Below are positions 32,432 through 42,713 of a stretch of 64,000 nt of DNA, in pieces. The notes beneath the pieces are model-generated. The model was given only the letters and a program-made list of their open reading frames with translations. It was not told the origin of the DNA and ran no database searches. Location of the stretch: NCBI GenBank assembly GCA_963775425.1, contig CAVZJB010000004.1:128001-192000 (forward strand), given 5' to 3'. Position 1 is the first letter of the stretch, and each line of letters opens with the position of its first letter. The stretch is from an uncultured delta proteobacterium (GTDB lineage: Bacteria; Myxococcota; UBA727; VGSZ01). Both the position numbers and the translations under genes were made by a program.

Positions 32432-32824
32432 TCACAGCTCCAGCCCGCCCTCGCGGGCTCCGTCGGCGACCGCGGCGATGCGCCCGTGGTACCGGTATCC
32501 GTTGCGATCGAACACGACCTGCCCGATGCCCGCCTTCTTGGCGCGCTCGGCGACCGCCTTGCCGACCTCCTTCGAGGCGTCGGCCTTCTTCTTCCCCTTG
32601 AGGCCGTCGCGGACGGCCTTGTCGAGGGTGGACGCCTGCACGAGGGTCTTGCCGGCGCTGTCGTCGATGATCTGCGCGTAGATGTGCCGCGCGGAGCGGA
32701 ACACCGTCAGACGCGGACGCTCGCCGTCGCCGTGGGCCTTCTTGCGGACGCCAATCTTGCGCTTGACGCGCGTGGCTTCCTTGGGGTTGTGCTTGCGCAG
32801 TGCGCTGAGGTTGGTCTTACGCAT
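32432..32824 (-). CDS. rplR: 50S ribosomal protein uL18
   Basis: [31 protein letters not shown]. Confidence 0.99.
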   Translation of the reverse strand: MRKTNLSALRKHNPKEATRVKRKIGVRKKAHGDGERPRLTVFRSARHIYAQIIDDSAGKTLVQASTLDKAVRDGLKGKKKADASKEVGKAVAERAKKAGIGQVVFDRNGYRYHGRIAAVADGAREGGLEL

Positions 32825-33375
32825 TACTTGGCTCCCGACTTGCCTTCCTTGCGGCGCACGCGCTCATCGGAGTAGCGAACTCCCTTGGCGCCGTACGGGT
32901 CCTTGTTGACGGGGCGGAACGAACGAATCTTGGCGGCGGTGGCCCCGAGCGTCTCCTTGTCGGCCGCGGAGAGCACGATGTGCGTGCGCTTCTCGTCGGT
33001 GACCTGGGCGGTGACGCCCTCGGGGAGCTTGTAGACGATCGGGTGGCTGAACCCGAGCGTCATGTGCAGCTCCTTGCCCTTCACCTCGCAGCGATAGCCG
33101 ACGCCGTTGATGTCGAGCTCGCGCTTGAAACCGGTCTCCACGCCCGTCACCATGTTGGCGACGAGGGTGCGGGTGAGGCCGTGCAGGGACTTGGAGAGGC
33201 GCTCCTCATCCTTGCGCTCGACGTTGATGGCGCCGTCGCCGACGGTGACCTTCATCGCCGTGTGCGGACGGAACGAGAGCTTGCCCTTCGGTCCCTCGAC
33301 CTTGAGCTCACCGTTTTGGAAGGCGACCTTCACGGTCTTCGGGATCGCCACGGGTTTTCTGCCGATACGCGACAT
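32824..33375 (-). CDS. rplF: 50S ribosomal protein uL6
   Basis: MSRIGRKP, HGLTRTLVANMVTGV, GVGYR, LGFSHP. Confidence 0.99.
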   Translation of the reverse strand: MSRIGRKPVAIPKTVKVAFQNGELKVEGPKGKLSFRPHTAMKVTVGDGAINVERKDEERLSKSLHGLTRTLVANMVTGVETGFKRELDINGVGYRCEVKGKELHMTLGFSHPIVYKLPEGVTAQVTDEKRTHIVLSAADKETLGATAAKIRSFRPVNKDPYGAKGVRYSDERVRRKEGKSGAK

Positions 33376-33379
33376 GGGA

Positions 33380-33775
33380 TCACCAGATCTGGCAAAGGAC
33401 TTCGCCGCCGACGCGATCCTTACGCGCCTGCGAGTCGGTCATGACGCCCTTCGACGTCGAGATGATGGCCATGCCGAGCCCGCCCCGAACCTTCGGCAGC
33501 GTGTCGGCGTTGACGTATTGACGCAGGCCGGGGCGCGAGACGCGCTGGAGGCCTTCGATGACGGGGCTGTTCTTGTCGTCGTAGCGGAGCGTGACCGTGA
33601 GCGTGCGGCGCCCACCGTCTGCCTTCTCGTCCACGTCCTGCACGTAGCCTTCGTCCTTGAGGATGTTGGCGATGCGGACCTTGAGGTTCGACGAGGGGCA
33701 CACCACGCTCTTGTGGTGCGCCAGGAGCCCGTTGCGGAGCCGCGAGAGAAAGTCTGAGATCGGATCAGTCATCAT
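33380..33775 (-). CDS. rpsH: 30S ribosomal protein uS8
   Basis: TDPISDFLSRLRN, RVSRPGLR, STSKGVMTD, GGEVLC. Confidence 0.99.
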   Translation of the reverse strand: MMTDPISDFLSRLRNGLLAHHKSVVCPSSNLKVRIANILKDEGYVQDVDEKADGGRRTLTVTLRYDDKNSPVIEGLQRVSRPGLRQYVNADTLPKVRGGLGMAIISTSKGVMTDSQARKDRVGGEVLCQIW

Positions 33776-33785
33776 AGCGGTTGCC

Positions 33786-34493
<708 letters not shown>

Positions 34494-34495
34494 GG

Positions 34496-34837
34496 CTAGA
34501 CCTGCTCCGCCTTCACGTTTTTGCCGCGCGCCACGCGCTGCTTCTCGCCGTCCGAGGTGAACACCACGCCGGTGCGCACCGGGCGCTTGGCCTTCTCGGC
34601 CATGAGCATCACGTTGGAGAGCGGGATGGAACCTGCACCCTCGACGATGCCGCCCTCGGGGTGCTTGGGGTTGCGCTGGGGCTTGATGTGGCGCTTGATG
34701 ATGTTCACGCCGTCGATGCGCACGCGCCAGTGATCACCCGAGCGGATGACCTCGAGCACGCGGCCCGTCTGCCCCTTGTTCTCCTTGGAGCCGGAGATGA
34801 CCTTGACCAGGTCGCCCTTCTTGATGCGGGTCTTCAT
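34496..34837 (-). CDS. rplX: 50S ribosomal protein uL24
   Basis: [12 protein letters not shown] (KOW), [17 protein letters not shown]. Confidence 0.97.
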   Translation of the reverse strand: MKTRIKKGDLVKVISGSKENKGQTGRVLEVIRSGDHWRVRIDGVNIIKRHIKPQRNPKHPEGGIVEGAGSIPLSNVMLMAEKAKRPVRTGVVFTSDGEKQRVARGKNVKAEQV

Positions 34838-35205
34838 CACAGCACCTCCGGCGCGAGGGACACGATCTTCATGAACTTCTTGGCGCGCAGCTCGCGGGCG
34901 ACGGGCCCGAAGATGCGGGTGCCGACCGGCTCGTTGTCCTTGTTGATGAGGACGGCGCCGTTCTTGTCGAAGCGGATGTAGCTGCCGTCGGGCCGCGCAA
35001 TCTCCTTGGCGGTGCGGACGACGACGCAGCGAACCACGTCACCCTTCTTCACCTTGGAGTTCGGGCCGGCCTCTTTGACGGCGCACACGATGACGTCGCC
35101 GATGGAGGCGTAGCGGCGCTTGCTGCCACCGAGCACCTTGATGCACATGACACGACGGGCACCACTGTTGTCGGCGACATCGAGGACTGATTGGGTCTGA
35201 ATCAC
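34837..35205 (-). CDS. rplN: 50S ribosomal protein uL14
   Basis: [27 protein letters not shown]. Confidence 0.99.
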   Translation of the reverse strand: MIQTQSVLDVADNSGARRVMCIKVLGGSKRRYASIGDVIVCAVKEAGPNSKVKKGDVVRCVVVRTAKEIARPDGSYIRFDKNGAVLINKDNEPVGTRIFGPVARELRAKKFMKIVSLAPEVL

Positions 35206-35307
35206 GGGGGAACATCTCCCCCTGGCCGCCCCGTCGTGAGGACGGGAACGCTTGCTCCGGACGCAAGGCCCTGAAGAATCAGGGCGGGCCAGGGTATCCG
35301 GATGAAA

Positions 35308-35568
35308 CTAGATGGAAGCCTTCTCGGCGACGGACTGCAGTCTCCACCTCTTGAGCTTGGACATCGGGCGGGTCTCGACGATGACGACGGTGTCGCCGAC
35401 GCCGGCCTCACCCTTCTCGTCGTGCGCGTAGTAGCGCGAGCGGTGCTTCAGGAACTTTGCGTACTTTGCATGACGAACCGTACGAAACACCTCGACGGTG
35501 ATCGTCTTGCCCATCTTGGTGCTCTTCACGATCCCACGCAGGGATCGTCCAAAACCGCGCTCGCTCAT
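35308..35568 (-). CDS. rpsQ: 30S ribosomal protein uS17
   Basis: GIVKSTKMGKTITV, AHDE, ETRPMSKLKRW. Confidence 0.98.
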   Translation of the reverse strand: MSERGFGRSLRGIVKSTKMGKTITVEVFRTVRHAKYAKFLKHRSRYYAHDEKGEAGVGDTVVIVETRPMSKLKRWRLQSVAEKASI

Positions 35569-35783
35569 GCCGTCCTCGTCGCACCGGCATTTTGAGCCGT
35601 CAACTGGTTCTTGAGAGTCACCACGCGCGCGATGGCCCTCCGCGTGGTGCGGATCTCCATCGTGTTGGTGAGCTGCCGCGTGGAGTGCTTGAACTCGATG
35701 TCGAAGAGCTCCTTGCGCAGGCGCTCTTCTTCCTGCGCGAGCTCCGCGACGTTCTTCTCCTTGAGGTAGTCGTGCTTGCCCAT
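35565..35783 (-). CDS. rpmC: 50S ribosomal protein uL29
   Basis: LRKELFDIEF..QLTNT..IRTTRRAIAR; canonical position. Confidence 0.93.
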   Translation of the reverse strand: MGKHDYLKEKNVAELAQEEERLRKELFDIEFKHSTRQLTNTMEIRTTRRAIARVVTLKNQLTAQNAGATRTA

Positions 35784-35785
35784 GG

Positions 35786-36202
35786 TCAGATCTCCGCCGA
35801 CTTGTCGATGAACTTGCACGCGAGGGGCAGCTTGGACGCGGCGAGCGTCAGCGCCTCCTTGGCCGTCTTGTGGTCCACGCCCTCCATCTCGTAGAGGACG
35901 CGGCCGGGCAGCACCACCGCCACCCAACCTTCGACGTTGCCTTTGCCGTGGCCCTGGCGGGTCTCCGCCGGCTTCTTGGTGAAGGGCTTGTCGGGGAACA
36001 CGCGGATCCAGATCTTTCCGCCGCGCTTGACCTTGCGGGTCATCGCGATGCGGGCGGCCTCGATCTGGCGGGCGGTGAGCCAGCCGGGCTCGGTGGCGAT
36101 GAGGCCGTAGTCCCCGAAAGAGACCGTGCTCCCACGCGTGGCCTTGCCCTTGAGGTTGCCCTTCTGCTGCTTCCTGAACTTGACGCGACTGGGGGACATC
36201 AT
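35786..36202 (-). CDS. rplP: 50S ribosomal protein uL16
   Basis: [27 protein letters not shown]. Confidence 0.99.
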   Translation of the reverse strand: MMSPSRVKFRKQQKGNLKGKATRGSTVSFGDYGLIATEPGWLTARQIEAARIAMTRKVKRGGKIWIRVFPDKPFTKKPAETRQGHGKGNVEGWVAVVLPGRVLYEMEGVDHKTAKEALTLAASKLPLACKFIDKSAEI

Positions 36203-36212
36203 GGCGGCGACC

Positions 36213-36860
36213 TCACGCGGACCGGCGAGCGCTGGTCGGCAGCACCTCGCCCTTGAAGATCCAGCACTTGCAACCGATCACGCCGTACGTGGTGTGCGCC
36301 TCGGCGAACCCGTACTCGATGTCGGCGCGCAGCGTATGCAGCGGCACGCGGCCCTCGCGGTACCACTCGTGGCGCGACATCTCGGCGCCGCCGAGGCGGC
36401 CGGAGACGGCGACGCGGATGCCCTTGGCGCCGAACTTGGTCGCGGTCTGAATGGCCTTCTTCATCGCGCGCCGGAACGCCACGCGGCGCTCGAGCTGCTG
36501 CGCGATGGACTCGGCGACGAGCTGCGCGTCGGTCTCGGCCTTGCGCACCTCGTGGATGTTCAAGAAGACCTCGCTCTGGGTGAGCTTCTGCAGGTCCTTC
36601 TTGAGCTGCTCCAGCGACGCGCCCTTCTTGCCGATGACGATGCCGGGCCGCGCGGTGTGCACGTTGATCTTGCACTTGTTGGCGGCGCGCTCGATGTCGA
36701 CGCGGGCGATGCCGGCGCTCTTGAGCTTCTCGTGGATGTACTCACGCAGGCGCATGTCCTCGTGGAGCCAGTCCGCGTAGCCCTTCTCGCGGAACCAGCG
36801 CGAGTCCCAGGAGCGAATGACGCCGAGGCGGAAGCCTGTCGGGTGTGTCTTCTGTCCCAT
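36213..36860 (-). CDS. rpsC: 30S ribosomal protein uS3
   Basis: [35 protein letters not shown]. Confidence 0.99.
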   Translation of the reverse strand: MGQKTHPTGFRLGVIRSWDSRWFREKGYADWLHEDMRLREYIHEKLKSAGIARVDIERAANKCKINVHTARPGIVIGKKGASLEQLKKDLQKLTQSEVFLNIHEVRKAETDAQLVAESIAQQLERRVAFRRAMKKAIQTATKFGAKGIRVAVSGRLGGAEMSRHEWYREGRVPLHTLRADIEYGFAEAHTTYGVIGCKCWIFKGEVLPTSARRSA

Positions 36861-36864
36861 GTGA

Positions 36865-37248
36865 TCAATCCTTCACGGCCAGCGACACGTGGACGTGCGC
36901 GAGCTGCTTCTTGAACGGGGTGGCCCGCCCGTGGGCACGCGGCAGAAAGCGGCGCATGACGCCGGCCTTGTCGATCTGCACGTCGCTGACGACGAGCTTG
37001 TCGAGGTCCATCTTGCGGAAGTCGGCGTTGGCGACGGCCGAGTCGATGACCTTCTTCAGGATGGGCGCGCCCGCGCGCGGCTGGAAGGCGAGCGTGGTGA
37101 GCGCCTGCTCCACCGACATCCCGCGCACGAGGTCCGCGAGCACCCGCAGCTTGCGCGAGCTGATGCGCGTGGCCATGAGGTGCGCCGTGGCCGGGCCCTC
37201 CGCCCGGGCCTGCTTGCGCGCTTCGGCTTTCTTGGCTTCACGACGCAT
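36865..37248 (-). CDS. rplV: 50S ribosomal protein uL22
   Basis: [29 protein letters not shown]. Confidence 0.97.
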   Translation of the reverse strand: MRREAKKAEARKQARAEGPATAHLMATRISSRKLRVLADLVRGMSVEQALTTLAFQPRAGAPILKKVIDSAVANADFRKMDLDKLVVSDVQIDKAGVMRRFLPRAHGRATPFKKQLAHVHVSLAVKD

Positions 37249-37251
37249 GGC

Positions 37252-37536
37252 TCAGCCCTTCTTGCCCGGCGCCGAGGGCGCCTTCTTGTCGGCGGGGTGC
37301 GCGACGAAGGTCCGCGTGGCCGCGAACTCGCCGAGCTTGTGCCCGACCATGTTGTCCGTGACGTAGACGGGGATGAACTTGCGGCCGTTGTGCACGGCGA
37401 AGGTGTGTCCGATGAACTCGGGCACGATCATCGAGCGTCGCGACCACGTCTTGATCACTTTGCGGTCCGCGTTCTCCCGCACCTTCTTCCAAAGGTGATG
37501 GTCGACGAACGGGCCCTTCTTCACGGAACGCGGCAT
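37252..37536 (-). CDS. rpsS: 30S ribosomal protein uS19
   Basis: [26 protein letters not shown]. Confidence 0.99.
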   Translation of the reverse strand: MPRSVKKGPFVDHHLWKKVRENADRKVIKTWSRRSMIVPEFIGHTFAVHNGRKFIPVYVTDNMVGHKLGEFAATRTFVAHPADKKAPSAPGKKG

Positions 37537-37539
37537 GGC

Positions 37540-38364
37540 TCAACCTCTCCGCCGACGCACGATGAGGCGGTCGGTGCGCTTGTTCTGACGAGTCTTGTGT
37601 CCCTTGGTCGGCTTGCCCCACGGCGTGACCGGGTGGCGGCCGCCCGACGTCCGGCCTTCGCCGCCGCCATGCGGGTGATCGATGGGGTTCATGGAGACGC
37701 CGCGCTGGTGCGGGCGCTTGCCCAGCCAACGCTTGCGGCCCGCCTTGCCGAGCTGCACGAGCTCGTGCTCGGCGTTGCCGACCTGGCCGACGGTGGCGGT
37801 GCACTCGGCGAGGACCATGCGGGTCTCGCCCGACGGCAGACGAATCTGCGCGTAGGAGCCCTCGCGGGCCATGAGCTGCGCCGACGAGCCGGCGCTGCGG
37901 ACGAGCTGGCCGCCCTTGCCCGGCTTGATCTCCACGTTGTGGATCTGGGTGCCGACCGGGATGTTCTTGAGCTGCAGGTGGTTGCCCGGCTTGATGTCCG
38001 CCCCGGCGCCGGTGAGCACCGTGTCGCCGACGGAGAGGCCGACGGGCGCGAGGATGTAGCGCTTCTCGCCGTCGAGGTAGTGCAGCAGCGCGATGCGCGC
38101 GGTGCGGTTGGGATCGTACTCGACCGCCGCCACCTTGGCGGGCACGCCGACCTTCTCGCGGCGGAAGTCGAGCTCGCGGTACTTGCGCTTGTGGCCGCCG
38201 CCACGGAAGCGCACGGTGACGCGGCCGGTGTTGCCGTGGCCGCCGCTCTTGGAGATGCCCTTGGTGAGCTTCTTCTCCGGCTTGGACCGTGTGAGGTCGC
38301 CGAAGTCGTGGCCCGTCATGCCACGCTTCCCGGCGCTCGTCGGCTTGTAAACGCGGATACTCAT
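37540..38364 (-). CDS. rplB: 50S ribosomal protein uL2
   Basis: [31 protein letters not shown]; AAGGAG SD. Confidence 0.99.
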   Translation of the reverse strand: MSIRVYKPTSAGKRGMTGHDFGDLTRSKPEKKLTKGISKSGGHGNTGRVTVRFRGGGHKRKYRELDFRREKVGVPAKVAAVEYDPNRTARIALLHYLDGEKRYILAPVGLSVGDTVLTGAGADIKPGNHLQLKNIPVGTQIHNVEIKPGKGGQLVRSAGSSAQLMAREGSYAQIRLPSGETRMVLAECTATVGQVGNAEHELVQLGKAGRKRWLGKRPHQRGVSMNPIDHPHGGGEGRTSGGRHPVTPWGKPTKGHKTRQNKRTDRLIVRRRRG

Positions 38365-38429
38365 CCCCACTCTCCTTCGGCCATGGGCGGTTCGTCTGGG
38401 GGGACGAGCCGTTCTCGGCCGTTTGAAGT

Positions 38430-38504
38430 CACGAGCCAACACCGAAGTGACGCCGTGAGCACTGATCCGATCGCGCGGGGGCGCGTCCGGAAGTGCGGCT
38501 CGTG
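38430..38504 (-). promoter_or_regulatory. Structured leader upstream of rplB (candidate r-protein leader)
   Basis: CACGAGCC/GGCTCGTG closing stem, a cac-UUCG-gug hairpin on the mRNA, and GCACT/AGTGC and CGCGC/GCGCG inner stems. Confidence 0.45.
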
Positions 38505-38554
38505 GCATGTCCACAAAGACTTGCCAAGGGGTTTCTCGCTACAGTCCCCGCCCC

Positions 38555-39508
38555 GTGTCTGCCAAGAGCCGCCTGCGCGCCCCCTATGAAGTCCTCTGCG
38601 CGGTGATCGGCAACCCGGTGCACAAGCCCCGGCCCGGCGAGCGCGTGGCCTGGGACGTCGACGTCGACGGCGCCCGCGCCCGCTTCCACGCCCACCCCGA
38701 CGACCGGCCCGTCGGCTGGGGCGGCCAGACCTCCATCTTCGAGACCGACGACGCCATCTGGCGCGTGGAGGCCGTCGACGACGAGCAGCTCGCGTGGGTC
38801 TGCACCCGCGTGGCCGAGCGCGTGATCGAGGCCGTCGCCAAAAAGAGCGGCCCGCGCACGCTGTCCGCCGAGGACAAGGCGGCGGTGAACGCCCTGCTGA
38901 AGCAGGGGGTGTCGTTGTCGGCGGCCATGAAGCAGGTGCAGGCGCAGCCCGACGACACGCGCGCCCGCCGGCGCTACGGCTGGCCCCCGGTCGAGGTCAC
39001 GCCGGCTTCACGGGGGCACGGCGACGGCGACGATGACGATGACGGCGACGGGGGCGGCGGCGGCGGCGACGACGGGGGCGGCGGCGGCCATGGCGCCGGT
39101 GGCGGGGTCGCGTCCCCGTCGGCGACGCCACCGGCTGCGGCGAAGCCGGCGTCGCCCTCGTCGAAGCCCGTGGCGACGGGTCCGCGCATCGCGCGCGACG
39201 TCCCGCGCGGGACCATCGAGGCGCCGTTCGAGAGGATGTGCGCCGCGCTCGGGGCGCCCGAGGATCGCCCGGTGCCGTTCGTGTCCACGCGCTGGCGCTT
39301 CGTCCTCGACGGCGACCGGATCGTTCGCTGGGAGGACGAGCCGAGCGACGATCCCCGCGACGTCGACGCCTCCGTGTTCGATCGCATGTCGCGCTTCGAC
39401 GCACCGTTCGCGGCGCGCGAGGCGCCGACGGCGACGTGGACGGTCACGTCGTCGACGCAGGATCACCTCGAGCGCGTGCTCGCGTGGCTCAAGGCGAAGG
39501 CGTCATGA
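38555..39508 (+). CDS. Hypothetical two-domain protein with a Gly/Asp/Pro linker
   Basis: Good codon bias; its TGA overlaps the next ATG; start uncertain (38507 or 38555). Confidence 0.65.
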   Translation: MSAKSRLRAPYEVLCAVIGNPVHKPRPGERVAWDVDVDGARARFHAHPDDRPVGWGGQTSIFETDDAIWRVEAVDDEQLAWVCTRVAERVIEAVAKKSGPRTLSAEDKAAVNALLKQGVSLSAAMKQVQAQPDDTRARRRYGWPPVEVTPASRGHGDGDDDDDGDGGGGGGDDGGGGGHGAGGGVASPSATPPAAAKPASPSSKPVATGPRIARDVPRGTIEAPFERMCAALGAPEDRPVPFVSTRWRFVLDGDRIVRWEDEPSDDPRDVDASVFDRMSRFDAPFAAREAPTATWTVTSSTQDHLERVLAWLKAKAS

Positions 39509-40314
39509 GCGACGCGCTGCGCGCCGACTGCGAGCGCTGCTTCGGCCTGTGCTGCGTGGCGCCGGCGTTTTCGGCGTCGGCGGACTTCGCCATCGACAAG
39601 CCCGCGGGCACCGCCTGCCCGAACCTCGGCGACGGCTTCCGCTGCGGCATCCATGACACGCTGCGCGCGCGGGGCTTCCCCGGCTGCGCGGTCTACGACT
39701 GCTTCGGCGCCGGGCAGAAGGTCTCGCAGCAGACCTTCGCGGGCAGGGACTGGCGGAGCGCGCCCGAGATCGCACCGGCGATGTTCGAGGTGCTCACGGT
39801 GATGCGGCACCTGCACGAGCTGTTGCGCTACCTCGGGGAGGCCCTGGGGCACGGCGTCCTCGTCGACGCGCTGCGCGCCGCCCGCGACGGCGTCGACGCG
39901 CTGACCCGCGGGACGCCCGACGAGCTGCGCGCGCTCGACGTGGCGCCTCGGCGAAGGGAGGTCGCCGACCTCCTGCTCCGCGTGAGCGAGCGCGTGCGCG
40001 TCCCCGCGGGGGTCGACAAGCGCGGCGCCGACCTCGCCGGCGCTTCCCTCGAGCGCGCCGACCTGCGCCGGGCCAACCTCCGCGGCGCCCTCCTCATCGG
40101 CGCCGACCTGCGTGGCGCCGACCTGCGCGGCGCCGACGTCATCGGCGCCGACCTCCGCGCCGCCGACCTCCGCGGCGCCGACCTCGACGGCGCCCTCTTC
40201 CTCACGCAAGCGCAGCTCGAGTCGGCCCGCGGCGACGACGCCACCAAGCTGCCCCCGACGCGAGCGCGCCCTTCGCACTGGTCGTCCCGCCCGCTCCGCA
40301 TCCGCCGCCGCTGA
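39505..40314 (+). CDS. Pentapeptide-repeat protein with an N-terminal Cys-rich domain
   Basis: [30 protein letters not shown]; ADLRG repeats. Confidence 0.9.
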   Translation: MSDALRADCERCFGLCCVAPAFSASADFAIDKPAGTACPNLGDGFRCGIHDTLRARGFPGCAVYDCFGAGQKVSQQTFAGRDWRSAPEIAPAMFEVLTVMRHLHELLRYLGEALGHGVLVDALRAARDGVDALTRGTPDELRALDVAPRRREVADLLLRVSERVRVPAGVDKRGADLAGASLERADLRRANLRGALLIGADLRGADLRGADVIGADLRAADLRGADLDGALFLTQAQLESARGDDATKLPPTRARPSHWSSRPLRIRRR

Positions 40315-40328
40315 CGTCGCGGCCTCGA

Positions 40329-42551
40329 TCACTGCGGCGGCGCGAGCACCGCCAGCGGGTCGCGCGTCCTGATGATCGCGCGGCGCGAGAGATCCTCGAC
40401 GACGGCGGCGACCAGGAGCGGCGCGTGCTTGCCGCTCGCTTCGAGCTCGCGCGGGGCGGCGCCGGCCTGCAAGGCGTTCGCGATGGCCACCGCCTGCGGC
40501 GACGCCAGCCGCGCCCACGCGTCTTTGCGCGCGGCGTCGAGGTCGAGCGACGCCGCCGCCCACATCTCAGCACGCTCGCGGGCGCGCCTGCCGTTGAGCT
40601 GTTCGATGAGGCCGGGCCCGACGTCGCGCCACGAGCGCGCGAGCGAGGGCTCCGGCGGCGCCTCGACCGGCTCGAACGAGAACGGCGCGTCGCGCACGCC
40701 GAGGAGGCCGAGCAGCGCGTCCTCGTCGGCGAGGATGACGTCCTGTACGGCGCAGTTGGCGGACATGATGCGGCCGTCGTCGAAGGTCACCTTCCAGCGC
40801 GCATCGACGTTGTCCACGCTCAGCACGCCGCGGCCGCCGCTGGTGCAGGCCGCGTCGAGCAGGCTCTGCACCCCGACGTCGGCGAGCGGCCCCCAGGCGC
40901 CGGTCGACAGGCTCTCGAGGAGGCCGTCGCGCCGCCCGAGCGCGTCGGAGACGGCCTCGATGACCGAGAAGGACTTCGGCAGGTAGAGGTCCGCGCCGGC
41001 GCCGAGCTCCTGCAGCTCGGCGAGCCAGTCGCGCTCTTCGCTCACGAGGACGGCCGTCACGTCGCTGAAGCGCGCGTCCGCCCGCACGGCGGCAAGGAAG
41101 CCCCAGCCGTCGACGTCGGGCAGCGCGAGGTCGATGACGAACGCCGCCGGCCGCAGGCGCAGCGCCGCCGCCCACGCGGCTCCGCTGTCATACGCCTCGA
41201 CGACACGGAAGCCCGCCCTCGAGAAGCGGCTGCCGAGCGCGCGCCGCGCGCAGACATCGCCGTCGACGAGGAGCACGACCGGGGGCCCGCGCTCGATCGC
41301 CCCATCGCCGAGATCGACGACGTCGACGACATCGACGACGTCGACGACGTCGACAGCGGCGCGGGCCTCGGCGGCGTGAGCATCAGCGTTGCCGGCCTCA
41401 GGGGCGTTGGCGTCAGCGTTGCCGGCGTCAGCGGCGGCGGCGTTGGCGTCAGCGGCGTTGGCGTCAGCGGCGTTTCCGTCGCGGGCGTTGGCGGCGGCGG
41501 CGGCGGCGGCGGCGGCGTCGCGGGCGTTGGCGTCAGCAGCGTTGGCGTCAGCGGCGTTGGCGTCAGCGGCGTTTCCGTCGCGGGCGTTGGCGGCGGCGGC
41601 GGCGGCGGCGCGGGCGTTGGCGTCAGCGGCGACGGCGTCAGCAGCGTTGGCGTCAGCGGCGTTGGCGTCAGCGTTGGCGTCGCGGGCGCTGGCGTCCACG
41701 GCGACGGCGGCGCCGACGGCGTTCACGGCATCCACGGCGTCAGCGGCGACGGCGTCAGCGACGGCGGCGGGCGGGGCGGCGGCGTTGACGGCGTTCACGG
41801 CATCCGCCGCGTCGACGCCGACGCGGTTCACCGCGTCGCCGGCAGCGCGGGCGACGGCGGGCGGGGCGGCGGCGTTGACGGCGTTCACGGCATCCGCCGC
41901 GTCGACGCCGACGGGGTTCACCGCGTCGCCGGCAGCGCGGGCGACGGCGGGCGCGGCGGCGCCGCTGACGGCGTTCACGGCACCCACCGCGTCGACGCCG
42001 ACGGGGTTCACCGCGTCGCCGGCAGCGAGGGCGACGGCGGGCGCGGCGGCGCCGCTGACGGCGTTCACGGCACCCACCGCGTCGACGCCGACGGGGTTCA
42101 CCGCGTCGCCGGCAGCGGCGACGGCGGGCGCGGCGGCGGCGTTGACGGCGTTGACGGTGGCGGCGACGTCCACGGCGGCGGCGGCGCCCACGGCGGCGGC
42201 GTCCACGTCGGCGGTGGCGTCCACGTCGGCGGCGGCGTTCACCGCGTTGCCGGCGGCGACCTCCACGTCCGCGGCGCCAGCGCTCGCGGCGTCAACGACG
42301 TCGACGCCACCGCCGCCCGCGTTGACGTCCACCGTGGCGCCGACGCCCGCGGCGGCGGCGGGCGCGGCGGACGCGCCGGTGAGATCGACATCGTCGGCGG
42401 CGCCCGCGGCCGGCGCGTCGGCGCCGCCCTCGATCGTTGCGGCGTCGGTCTCGGGGCGCCCCGACGTCGACGACGTGGGTGCGGCGATGTCGGTGGACGT
42501 CGTGCTCTTCACGGAGAGGTGCGCGGCGGTGTCGGCGTTTGCTTCCTGCAT
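40329..42551 (-). CDS. Response regulator (REC) plus a DUF4388/PATAN-like domain, with a long repetitive N-terminus
   Basis: VLLVDGD, FVIDLALPDVDGW, GADLYLPK; GPLADVGVQSLL..GVLSV..FDDGRI..ALLGLL..FSFEP; N-terminal extent uncertain. Confidence 0.75.
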   Translation of the reverse strand: MQEANADTAAHLSVKSTTSTDIAAPTSSTSGRPETDAATIEGGADAPAAGAADDVDLTGASAAPAAAAGVGATVDVNAGGGGVDVVDAASAGAADVEVAAGNAVNAAADVDATADVDAAAVGAAAAVDVAATVNAVNAAAAPAVAAAGDAVNPVGVDAVGAVNAVSGAAAPAVALAAGDAVNPVGVDAVGAVNAVSGAAAPAVARAAGDAVNPVGVDAADAVNAVNAAAPPAVARAAGDAVNRVGVDAADAVNAVNAAAPPAAVADAVAADAVDAVNAVGAAVAVDASARDANADANAADANAADAVAADANARAAAAAAANARDGNAADANAADANAADANARDAAAAAAAAANARDGNAADANAADANAAAADAGNADANAPEAGNADAHAAEARAAVDVVDVVDVVDVVDLGDGAIERGPPVVLLVDGDVCARRALGSRFSRAGFRVVEAYDSGAAWAAALRLRPAAFVIDLALPDVDGWGFLAAVRADARFSDVTAVLVSEERDWLAELQELGAGADLYLPKSFSVIEAVSDALGRRDGLLESLSTGAWGPLADVGVQSLLDAACTSGGRGVLSVDNVDARWKVTFDDGRIMSANCAVQDVILADEDALLGLLGVRDAPFSFEPVEAPPEPSLARSWRDVGPGLIEQLNGRRARERAEMWAAASLDLDAARKDAWARLASPQAVAIANALQAGAAPRELEASGKHAPLLVAAVVEDLSRRAIIRTRDPLAVLAPPQ
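41380..42160. repeat. Coding tandem repeats (90-bp units, at least 4 copies; 15-bp DANAA units)
   Basis: Register repeats at 41771, 41861, 41951 and 42041; GCGTTGGCGTCAGCG units at 41400-41680. Confidence 0.85.
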
Positions 42552-42713
42552 GGCGTCGACGCTGTGCAACACGCGCGCCTCCGTGTGACGCGCGTCGCAA
42601 CGGACAGGTCGATGCGCGGCGAACGACAGCGCCGGGCGCGCGCGCACAACGAACGCGTGTCGTGGCACGCAGCGCGGTGAACGAAGGCGCGGTCGCTGTC
42701 GCGACGCCGGTCG

